A stretch of 15,406 nt of DNA, from NCBI GenBank assembly GCA_040905465.1, contig JBBDRK010000004.1, positions 48,020 through 63,425 on the forward strand. The letters run 5' to 3'. The notes beneath the pieces are model-generated. The model did no database searches. It was not told the DNA's origin and saw only the letters and a list, made by a program, of their open reading frames with translations. Origin of the DNA: Trueperaceae bacterium (GTDB lineage: Bacteria > Deinococcota > Deinococci > Deinococcales > Trueperaceae). Positions 7,869 through 15,373 of the stretch are shown here, piece after piece (within the stretch, counting starts at the first letter, position 1; the number at the start of each line of letters is the position of its first letter). Position numbers and translations under genes: made by a program.

Positions 7869-8522
7869 GTGTACGTGGCCGTGGCCGGCAACATCGGAGC
7901 CGGCAAGTCGACGCTTACCCGCCTGCTTGCCGACACCTTCGGTCTGGCGCCGGTTTTCGAGGCGGTGGAGGAGAACCCGTATCTGGAGGATTTCTATCGC
8001 GACATGCGGCAGTTCGCCTTCCACTCCCAGATGTTCTTCCTGGGCAAGCGGCTCGAACAGCACCTGGAGCAGGTCAACCCGGCGCAGCGGGTGATCCAGG
8101 ACCGCACCATCTTCGAAGACGCCGCGATCTTCGCCCGCAACCTGCACGAGGAACGGATCATGTCGGAGCGCGACTATCTGAGCTACCTGCAGATGTACAG
8201 GGCGATCAGCCGGACCCTGCGGCCGCCGGACCTGCTCATCTATCTCGAGGCGAGCCTGCCGACACTTCGCCGTCATATCGACCAACGTGGGAGATCGTAC
8301 GAGGCCGACATCGAAGATGCCTACCTGCAGCGGCTCGACAGTCTGTACCGGGCCTGGATCGGCGACTACGACCTGTCCGAGCTCCTGGTGATACCGGCAG
8401 ACGAGCTGGACTTCGTGCACAGCGACGAGGACCGTGAGACGGTGTTGGAGATGGCGGAACGTCGCGGTCTTACCCGTCCCATGGTGGCTGTACCGAAGGC
8501 GGACTCGCTGGTGCAAGGATGA
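7869..8522 (+). CDS. dck: Deoxynucleoside kinase, Dck-like (dAdo/dCyd kinase type)
   Basis: GTG 7869, 1 nt after the upstream stop. AGNIGAGKST, ENPYLEDFY, QDRTIFEDAAIFA, PDLLIYL, RGRSYE. Substrate specificity is inferred. Confidence 0.85.
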   Translation: MYVAVAGNIGAGKSTLTRLLADTFGLAPVFEAVEENPYLEDFYRDMRQFAFHSQMFFLGKRLEQHLEQVNPAQRVIQDRTIFEDAAIFARNLHEERIMSERDYLSYLQMYRAISRTLRPPDLLIYLEASLPTLRRHIDQRGRSYEADIEDAYLQRLDSLYRAWIGDYDLSELLVIPADELDFVHSDEDRETVLEMAERRGLTRPMVAVPKADSLVQG

Positions 8523-8580
8523 CCTCGGGCGTAGCGGTAAAGGCGCCGAAGCGCGGGCCGGGCGGGTCTCGGGAGAGCCG

Positions 8581-10044
8581 GTGAAACTGAGCGAGCTGGC
8601 AAAAGAGTCGCTGGGCATCGTGGAGGCGTTGCCGCCGGTCGACGTGACCGGCGTGTCGCAAGACCATCGGAAGGTCGCTCCCGGACACGTGTTCGTGGCG
8701 CGCGTGGGCTCGAAGTTCGACGGCCACCGCTATGCCCGGTTGGCGATCGAGCGGGGCGCGGTGGCGGTCGTGGGGATTCATGACGGGGTGCCGACCCTCC
8801 CCTGGAACTCTACGCCCTATCTGCGGGTGGCTGATGACCGCGAGGCCGTCGCCCGTCTGGCGGCAACCTTCCACCGCTACCCGTCGTGCGCCATGACCAC
8901 CATCGGCGTGACCGGCACCGACGGCAAGACTACCGTGTCGTTCCTGCTCCACCATCTGCTTTCCGCCTCGCTGCCATGCGGCCTCATCAGCACCGCCGCC
9001 GTGCGCTCGGCAGACGCTCCGCTCCCCCTGGAAGGGCATTTCACCACACCCGAGGCAACCGAGGTACAGGCCTATCTGGCCGCCTTTCGCGACGACGGTT
9101 GCAGCCACGCCGTGGTCGAGTCGAGCTCCCACGCGCTGTCGTTGCGCAGGCTCGACCAGGTCGATTACGACGTGGCGGTATGGACCAACCTCAGCGCCGA
9201 GCATCTCGACCATCACGGGTCTTTGGAGGCGTATCGCGACGCCAAGCTCGAGCTTGTGCGCAGGTCAGGCACGTCGGTTCTCAATCTCGACGACCAGCAC
9301 TTTCCCGCTTTCGCGGACGCCTCGCAAGAGGTGGTGAGCTACGGCCTCGCCGACGATGCGACCTGGCGGGCCGGCGCCGTCAGCGAGTCCGCCACCGGAT
9401 TGGAGTTCGACGTGCACGTAGCCGGCGACGTGCTCAGGGCGGCGCTGCCGATGCTCGGCGCATTCAACGTCCACAACGCCCTGGCCGCCCTGGCAGCAGC
9501 GCACGTTTGCGGCGTCTCGCCGGCCGCAGCGGTGGAGCGGCTGGCGCGCTTCCCCGGCGTACCCGGCAGGATGCAGGTCGTTCATGCAGGGGCCTTTGCC
9601 GTGGTGGTGGACTTCGCCCATACCGGACCCGCTCTGGAAAAGGCGCTGGCGGCGTTGCGGCCGGCCGCCGAAGGCCGGATTCTGCTCGTCGTCGGCGCCG
9701 CAGGCGAGCGCGATCCCGGCAAACGGGGCCCGCTGGGTCGAGCGGCGGCGAATGGCGCAGACCTGATCTTTTTCACCGAGGAGGACCACCGCAGCGAGTC
9801 GCTGGATGCCATTCTCGACGAGTTGACACTCGCGGCCAGGGAAGCCGGGGCGGAGGGCGAGCGAATTCACCGGGTACCGAACCGGCGTGAGGCGATCGCC
9901 GCCGCGGTGGCGGCGGCGCGCGAGGGAGACCTGGTGTTGCTGGCCGGCAAAGGGCACGAGTCGAGCCTCGAACGCGCTTACGAGACGATTCCCTGGGACG
10001 AGGCGGCGGAAGCGAGACGGCAGCTCGAACAGAAGCAAGGCTAA
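8581..10044 (+). CDS. murE: UDP-MurNAc-L-Ala-D-Glu:diamino acid ligase (MurE)
   Basis: GTG 8581 after GGGAGAG. G..FDGH, GVTGTDGKTT, TTPEA, ESSSHAL, TNLSAEHLDHHG, PGRMQ, VDFAHT, GERDPGKR, LAGKGHE. Confidence 0.95.
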   Translation: MKLSELAKESLGIVEALPPVDVTGVSQDHRKVAPGHVFVARVGSKFDGHRYARLAIERGAVAVVGIHDGVPTLPWNSTPYLRVADDREAVARLAATFHRYPSCAMTTIGVTGTDGKTTVSFLLHHLLSASLPCGLISTAAVRSADAPLPLEGHFTTPEATEVQAYLAAFRDDGCSHAVVESSSHALSLRRLDQVDYDVAVWTNLSAEHLDHHGSLEAYRDAKLELVRRSGTSVLNLDDQHFPAFADASQEVVSYGLADDATWRAGAVSESATGLEFDVHVAGDVLRAALPMLGAFNVHNALAALAAAHVCGVSPAAAVERLARFPGVPGRMQVVHAGAFAVVVDFAHTGPALEKALAALRPAAEGRILLVVGAAGERDPGKRGPLGRAAANGADLIFFTEEDHRSESLDAILDELTLAAREAGAEGERIHRVPNRREAIAAAVAAAREGDLVLLAGKGHESSLERAYETIPWDEAAEARRQLEQKQG

Positions 10045-10054
10045 AATGCGACTC

Positions 10055-11338
10055 ATGCGCCCCGTAGACGTCATACTTGCAAAACGCAACGGTGAGAGGC
10101 ACGCGCGCGAGGTACTCCGGGAGTTCATCGGCGACTACGTGGCCGGGGAGTTGCCCGACTACCAGGTTGCGGCCTGGTTGATGGCCGTTTGCTTCCAGGG
10201 GATGGACGAACGCGAAACGGCCGACCTCACCGAGGTGATGGCCGCCTCGGGCGACACCCTCGACCTCTCCGAACTCTCTCATACCGTGGACAAGCACTCT
10301 ACCGGTGGTGTGGGAGACAAGACGAGCCTGGTGCTCGCGCCGCTGCTGGCAGAGGCTGGCGGCACGGTCGCCAAGATGAGCGGCCGGGGACTCGGCCATA
10401 CCGGCGGAACGGTTGACAAGCTGGAGAGCATCCCCGGCTTTCGTAGCGAGCTGTCTCACGAAGAGTTCCTGAAGCAGGCAGCCGCCATCGGCGTGGTGGT
10501 CAGCGGACAGTCGAAGCAGATGGCTCCCGCAGACGGCCTGATGTACGCCCTGCGCGACGCTACCGGAACCGTCGAGTCGCTGCCACTGATCGCAGCGTCG
10601 ATCATGAGCAAGAAGCTCGCCGGTGGCGCCGAATCGATAGTGCTGGACGTCAAGGTCGGCAGCGGTGCTTTCCTGCGCACCCGAGACCAGGCGCGCGCGC
10701 TGTCGAAGCAGATGGTATCGATCGGCCGTCACTCGGGACGTCGGGTCCGCGCCCTCCTTACCGGCATGGAGCAACCGTTGGGGAACGCCGTCGGGAACGC
10801 CCTCGAGGTCCAGGAGGCTGCTCGCTGCCTTCGCGGCGAGGGACCCGCCGATCTCACCGAGCTGTGCCTGGCGCTGGCGGAACAGGTCCTGGACGCTTCC
10901 GGACTGGACGGCCGCCGGGAACATCTGATCGAGCTCCTGTCGAGCGGGCGCGCATATGGGCGTTTCGAAAGCTGGGTGGAAGCGCAGGGAGGCGATCCGG
11001 CCGCGGTCGACCGGCTCGAGCTGGCTCCGGGCCGGGAAACGATCACGAGCCCCCGCAGCGGCGCGCTCAGCTCACTCGACGCCCTTGCGCTCGGCCGCGC
11101 CGTTAGTCTGCTCGGCGGCGGTCGGAGCCGCAAGGGTGAGGCGATCGACTACGGGGTAGGCGCCGTGATTCACGGCAAGATCGGTGACGAGCTGATGCAA
11201 GGCGATCCGCTGGTGACATTGCTCCATCGCGACGGACGGGGACTAGGCGAGGCAAGGGCGCTCGTGGCGGCGTCGATCTCGGTTTCCGATCGCGCGGCGG
11301 TACCACCGCTCGTTCTGGAGATCAACCCAGTCGACTGA
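10055..11338 (+). CDS. pdp: Pyrimidine-nucleoside / thymidine phosphorylase
   Basis: MRPVDVILAKRNG N-terminus, PDYQVAAWLMA, DKHSTGGVGDK, KMSGRGLGHTGGTVDKLESIPG, LIAASIMSKKLA, LDVKVGSGAF. ATG 10055 lies 7 nt after TAAAAT; ATG 10046 is an alternative start. Confidence 0.96.
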   Translation: MRPVDVILAKRNGERHAREVLREFIGDYVAGELPDYQVAAWLMAVCFQGMDERETADLTEVMAASGDTLDLSELSHTVDKHSTGGVGDKTSLVLAPLLAEAGGTVAKMSGRGLGHTGGTVDKLESIPGFRSELSHEEFLKQAAAIGVVVSGQSKQMAPADGLMYALRDATGTVESLPLIAASIMSKKLAGGAESIVLDVKVGSGAFLRTRDQARALSKQMVSIGRHSGRRVRALLTGMEQPLGNAVGNALEVQEAARCLRGEGPADLTELCLALAEQVLDASGLDGRREHLIELLSSGRAYGRFESWVEAQGGDPAAVDRLELAPGRETITSPRSGALSSLDALALGRAVSLLGGGRSRKGEAIDYGVGAVIHGKIGDELMQGDPLVTLLHRDGRGLGEARALVAASISVSDRAAVPPLVLEINPVD

Positions 11339-11392
11339 GCCAGCAAGCCGGCTGACGCCTGTTCCGGCGCGGTCACTTCGGTTGGGCTCGAG

Positions 11393-12199
11393 TCAGTTGT
11401 GCTTGGCGCAGGAGAAGCGGCCGTGAGCGCTCATCAGTTCCGGCTCCGGCATGAACGCTCCGTTTCTCGGAGCGACGATCCGGCGCCGTGCTACCCGCGG
11501 TTCGGACCACGGTTCACCCAGGGCGAAACCTTGGAAGAAGGACACGCCGCGCGAAGCGAGTCGCGCCAGCACATCGATGTCCTCGACCCCTTCGGCGACC
11601 AGCAGGAGGCCGCTGTCGGTGGCCTCGTCCAGGAACTCCTGCGCCTCGCTGGGCGTGTGCTCGGCGGCCAGGGCCGGCAGGACGCTGCGGTCGAGCTTCA
11701 GACCGTGAACCGCGCCTCGCAGGGAGGATATCCGCTGTTGCGAACCGGGCGTGATGTCATCGAGGAAGATCCTGACTCCGCTGGCGGCCAGACCTTCGAG
11801 TACTCGCGGCAACTCCGGTTGATCGATAATCGGGTCTTCCGTTAGCTCCACCATCAGGCGGCGCCGTACTCTCAGCGGAGCCTGGCCGATGACGGCGGTC
11901 GCTACAGGCAACTCGACCTGTCGCGGGCTGAGATTCACGGACAGCGCCGGCAGGTAGGGATCGGCGTCCAGGCGCGCCAGGGCGAACTGCAGGGAAAGGC
12001 GCGTGAACGACTCGATCCGCTCGGGGTGCAGCAGGCCGGCCATTATCACGGACGGTCCCTGGATGGTTCCGTCCTGCAACGACCGGCGCGCGAGCGTCTC
12101 GTACGCCAGCAACCGTTTGCCGTCAGCGGCGAGTATCGGTTGGAACTGGAACGTCAGGCCGAATAATGGATTCTGAGAGTTCTTGACGTTGATCGACAC
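11393..12199 (-). CDS. Stand-alone EAL domain protein (c-di-GMP phosphodiesterase-like)
   Basis: FQPI, YETLAR (EAL variant), SVNLSP, VELTE, FLDD, LKLDRS, VAEGVE, FQGFALGEP. No GGDEF or sensor domain. The start codon is uncertain (GTG, no clear RBS). Confidence 0.9.
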   Translation of the reverse strand: MSINVKNSQNPLFGLTFQFQPILAADGKRLLAYETLARRSLQDGTIQGPSVIMAGLLHPERIESFTRLSLQFALARLDADPYLPALSVNLSPRQVELPVATAVIGQAPLRVRRRLMVELTEDPIIDQPELPRVLEGLAASGVRIFLDDITPGSQQRISSLRGAVHGLKLDRSVLPALAAEHTPSEAQEFLDEATDSGLLLVAEGVEDIDVLARLASRGVSFFQGFALGEPWSEPRVARRRIVAPRNGAFMPEPELMSAHGRFSCAKHN

Positions 12200-12220
12200 A
12201 GTCGGGAGGGGATGGGTCGA

Positions 12221-12397
12221 TCAGCCGGGGTCGACATCGTCGGGGTTGCTTCCACCTGCGAAGCTGACCTGAACGTTGTCGAGGCTGGCGAAACCGATCG
12301 CCGCGAGCGGGGTGGCGGCAAGGACCAGCGCGAGCGCCAGCTTGGCGGCAATGCTACGAATTACGGTGGGGGCGGCGAATTCTGTGGGGGTCATCAT
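12221..12397 (-). CDS. Small putatively secreted peptide precursor, 58 aa (not in the ORF track)
   Basis: GGAGG RBS 6 nt before the ATG. Translates as MMTPTEFAAPTVIRSIAAKLALALVLAATPLAAIGFASLDNVQVSFAGGSNPDDVDPG*: basic residues, a hydrophobic core, small-residue cleavage sites and a short acidic tail. Codons are mostly G/C-ending. The stop is 21 nt upstream of the EAL gene on the same strand. Confidence 0.75.
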   Translation of the reverse strand: MMTPTEFAAPTVIRSIAAKLALALVLAATPLAAIGFASLDNVQVSFAGGSNPDDVDPG

Positions 12398-12428
12398 GGT
12401 ATTCCTCCGGGGGCTTGCTTCGGACGGA

Positions 12429-12513
12429 AGGTTACGCCCTGGCTGGTTGAATTCTCGTTGAGTTTTTGAGCCGGCCTACTTCCACGGGAATTCGACTGCT
12501 CCTCGGCCACACT
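12429..12513. promoter_or_regulatory. Back-to-back activator-type promoters with paired 16-bp boxes
   Basis: Minus strand: TCAACGAGAATTCAAC (12461-12446), 11 nt, TAACCT (12434-12429). Plus strand: TCCACGGGAATTCGAC (12481-12496), 11 nt, CACACT (12508-12513). The boxes are 13/16 identical. Confidence 0.6.
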
Positions 12514-12560
12514 CTGTTGCAGGCAGCGCAACCATTCAACGCCTAGCCGAGGAGACGAAC

Positions 12561-12737
12561 ATGGACAGATATCAGGCACGCAGGTTATTCGAGGCCAGCC
12601 GGCGCTTCCCATGCAGAGCGGGTGGAATATTGGTACGGGATGTCGAGCTCGCGGCGATGATTGCGACGGTCAAAGCGGAGCGCCGTGCCCCGGCCCAGCA
12701 GCGCCCATACCAGTGCATGGAGAGTCGTGCGGGCTGA
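12561..12737 (+). CDS. Small hypothetical protein, 58 aa (not in the ORF track)
   Basis: GAGGAG RBS (12549-12554) 6 nt before the ATG. MDRYQARRLFEASRRFPCRAGGILVRDVELAAMIATVKAERRAPAQQRPYQCMESRAG*. It lies downstream of the boxed plus-strand promoter. Confidence 0.5.
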   Translation: MDRYQARRLFEASRRFPCRAGGILVRDVELAAMIATVKAERRAPAQQRPYQCMESRAG

Positions 12738-12919
12738 AGGACGGACCTGGACGGTCCCTGCCGGCTGACGGGAAAGCAATCGCATGGCCGGCTCACGCGT
12801 TTTCGGCATGCCGCCGGCGCCGCACGGAGCGGGCCAAACGCTTGCGAACCGCCGCGGAATCGTTATCGGCGACCGGCAAGACCGTGAGGTCAGGCTCCGC
12901 TTGACATATCCTGGAGTCC

Positions 12920-15373
12920 GTGTGGCTCGAAGATCGCTTCCGCCTGTGCCCGGTTTCGGGCAAGGCTCTGGTACTGCACGGCGGTGAGGAGTACGGTGCG
13001 CCCTTCCTCGTCGACCGCTTGCGCCGGGAGCGTGCGGTGGCCTGGCTGGCATTCACGCCGGCAGAGGCGAGCGACCGGGTGGCGGCAGGCAACAAGCTTG
13101 CGGACGCAGTCAACGAGGCGGTAGAAGGAAATCTCCTCCAGCATGCGCTGCCGTACCTCGTTCACCTGCGCTCGCTGAGCCTGCGCCGCACCCAGCTTCC
13201 GCCGTTTACCCTGGTCGTGTCGGGCGCCGACCTCGCACCCGAGTTCGCCCAGGCGGCGGCGCAGGCGTGCCGCAGTGGATTCGGCCTGTGGCTCCTGGCA
13301 AGCGACGGGCCCTCGGGCTTCGATGGGCCGGCGGGCATCGATGCCCTGCACCTGCGGCCCTCCGACCTGCGCCTGACGCTCGCTGAAGCGAGACGACTCG
13401 CACCGAGCGGAATCGGCGACGGCGTGGTGGCTCGGATTCACGACCTCACCGAGGGCGCCTACACCCGCTTTCTCGGCGAGATGCACAAAGAGTCGGGTCT
13501 GCCCGAGATAATGGTTCCGCACGCTGAAGGCTGGGTCTACCCGGAGCATGAGGCGCGCCGGGAACATCCCGAGGACGTTGTGGAGGCGCTGCTGCGGCTC
13601 GGCCGGCAGGTCGACGCGCTGGAAGTCGCCGCCGAGTCCCTTCCCGGGCGCGTCGAGGAGTTGCTGCACGAGGCCGGTCCGGAGTTCCAGAACCAGGGTC
13701 TCCTTCCGCGCCTGCACCTGTTGCTTTCCACGTTGCCACCACCTTACGACGAGCGCGAGCGCACGCTGGAATGGCGGCTCGTGGCAGCGCATCAGGCTGG
13801 CGCGGCGCAACAGGTTGCCAAGCAGGTACGCCGGTATTTGAGCGTTCACGAAGCGCCCGAGTTGCGTGCCCGCTACGCGGCTTTCGCGCCATACTCCGAG
13901 GGCCTGAACCAAGCGCGGCGGGCAGCAACCGCCCTCCCTTCCCCCCTGACGCTTTGGCAGTACGGGCGAATGCTTCCCGATCCCAGCCAGGGCATCGAGC
14001 TTCTGACCCGCAGCGTTTCGCAGGCGGAACTGGAGGGCGACCCGTACGCCTGCGTGCGAGCGGCAGGCACGCTGGCGGCGAGATTCCTGCATCTAGGAGA
14101 CTTCCATTCCGGTAGATCGTGGGCCGACTGGGGACTCCAACTGTACGACGAGAACGCCCTCAGAGACGGGATAAGGCGCCTGCACCTTTTCAAGGAGCTT
14201 GCTTTCGCACGCACGATGCTGGGCGAGCTGAGCGGGCTGCGCGAGCAACTTCAGGATGGCCTCGCCACGGTCGAGAACGTGCTACCCGACATGGCGTCCA
14301 GCTACCGCGACGCCCTTGCCGACCTCGAGCGGCTCGAAGCCGACCCGCTAGTGGCGGCCGAGTACACTAAAGCGAACCTGGACACCTCCCCGCGTAGACA
14401 GAAAGGTCTCCGCGCTCACCAGCACGTGAGAAGCCTCCTGGAGCTCGGCAAGGTTGCAGAGGCCGCCGATGTGGCGCGTGCCGCCGCCGCTCTGAGCGCC
14501 GGGGCATCCGTGATGCAGGATCTCAGGGCGCGCCTGGCGGTCGGCATGGTGCAAGCCTTCGAAGATCCTGACAGTGCCGCCGGCACACTGACAGAGATCA
14601 TGGAAAACCCGGAGTTGATCTTCGACCAGCGGGCGCGAGCAGCCCTCCACTACCTGCTGGCGCGGCCGTCCGGAGCCGGCGATATCCCCGAGAACCTGCG
14701 AAGCAAGCTGGAGAACCTGAGCGACACCGCCCTGCGCGTCCTGAGTGGTCCGCCGGAAGCGTTCCACAAAATCTGGATGGACCTCACCGGCGGGCGCAAT
14801 GCCGCGCTCGAGTTGCGCGTGCTCGGCAAGACCAGTGCACGGCTGGAAGGAGTGGAGTTGCGCCTCACCCGCCGGCAGTGGGAGATACTAGTAGCGCTGG
14901 CATTGCATCCGGAAGGGCTGGGGTATGACGCTTTGCATGCATTCTTGCTGCAGGACGATAACCGCCTCAGCCCGGGTACGCTACGCTCCCATGTCAGCCA
15001 CCTGCGCTCCATCGTCCCTATCAGCGACAACCCGTACCGCATCGAGGTGCCCTACACGCTCGACATCGCCGCGGTCCAGGCTCACCTGCGAGAGGGCAAG
15101 GTGCGCCAGGCCATCGCGCTCGTGAACGGCAGCGTGCTGCCGAGCAGCAGCCTTCCCGGGATACGCGACACGGGCGAGCAGCTCGACCAGGCTCTCCGCG
15201 AGAGCGTACTGACCAGCGGCGACCCGGAGGCGCTCTACTGCGCCGCCAGCCTCTGGAACGACGACCTGGAGGTCTGGGAAGCCACTCTCGCGGCCCTGCA
15301 CCCGCGCGATCCGCGGGTGCCGCTGCTGCGTGCCCGCGTGCAGTCGCTGCGTCACGAATACGGCGCGGCCTGA
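12920..15373 (+). CDS. Large transcriptional regulator: degenerate MalT-like STAND N-terminus, helical (TPR-like) sensor region, C-terminal OmpR/SARP-type winged helix with BTAD-like tail
   Basis: MalT-like landmarks: LVLHGGEEYGAPFL (Walker A position), VAWLAF, LVVSGADL (Walker B position), DLRLTLAEA, LTEG. The middle is Ala/Leu-rich and helical. C-terminus: LELRVLG...LTRRQWEILVALALHPEGL...TLRSHVSHLR...PYRI...D...GSVLPSS..PGI. Confidence 0.82.
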   Translation: MWLEDRFRLCPVSGKALVLHGGEEYGAPFLVDRLRRERAVAWLAFTPAEASDRVAAGNKLADAVNEAVEGNLLQHALPYLVHLRSLSLRRTQLPPFTLVVSGADLAPEFAQAAAQACRSGFGLWLLASDGPSGFDGPAGIDALHLRPSDLRLTLAEARRLAPSGIGDGVVARIHDLTEGAYTRFLGEMHKESGLPEIMVPHAEGWVYPEHEARREHPEDVVEALLRLGRQVDALEVAAESLPGRVEELLHEAGPEFQNQGLLPRLHLLLSTLPPPYDERERTLEWRLVAAHQAGAAQQVAKQVRRYLSVHEAPELRARYAAFAPYSEGLNQARRAATALPSPLTLWQYGRMLPDPSQGIELLTRSVSQAELEGDPYACVRAAGTLAARFLHLGDFHSGRSWADWGLQLYDENALRDGIRRLHLFKELAFARTMLGELSGLREQLQDGLATVENVLPDMASSYRDALADLERLEADPLVAAEYTKANLDTSPRRQKGLRAHQHVRSLLELGKVAEAADVARAAAALSAGASVMQDLRARLAVGMVQAFEDPDSAAGTLTEIMENPELIFDQRARAALHYLLARPSGAGDIPENLRSKLENLSDTALRVLSGPPEAFHKIWMDLTGGRNAALELRVLGKTSARLEGVELRLTRRQWEILVALALHPEGLGYDALHAFLLQDDNRLSPGTLRSHVSHLRSIVPISDNPYRIEVPYTLDIAAVQAHLREGKVRQAIALVNGSVLPSSSLPGIRDTGEQLDQALRESVLTSGDPEALYCAASLWNDDLEVWEATLAALHPRDPRVPLLRARVQSLRHEYGAA

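Noticed and set aside
12221-12397. Double-glycine bacteriocin or RiPP precursor (AGG|SNPDDVDPG)
   Set aside because: The leader is a hydrophobic Sec-type segment, not an ELSxxEL-type leader, and there is no C39 peptidase transporter or modifying enzyme in the window. Not fully excluded.
12901-12906. Perfect TTGACA as the -35 of the regulator gene
   Set aside because: It is only 13 nt upstream of the start codon and has no -10 hexamer 16-18 bp downstream. The adjacent TATCCT fits a leaderless -10 better.
12572-13113. ORF-track ORFs in the regulator's upstream region (12585-13052 -, 12611-12904 +, 12784-12987 +, 12572-12796 -)
   Set aside because: They have no convincing RBS and low-complexity Arg/Pro/Gly translations. 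The RBS-supported 12561-12737 ORF is the better candidate.
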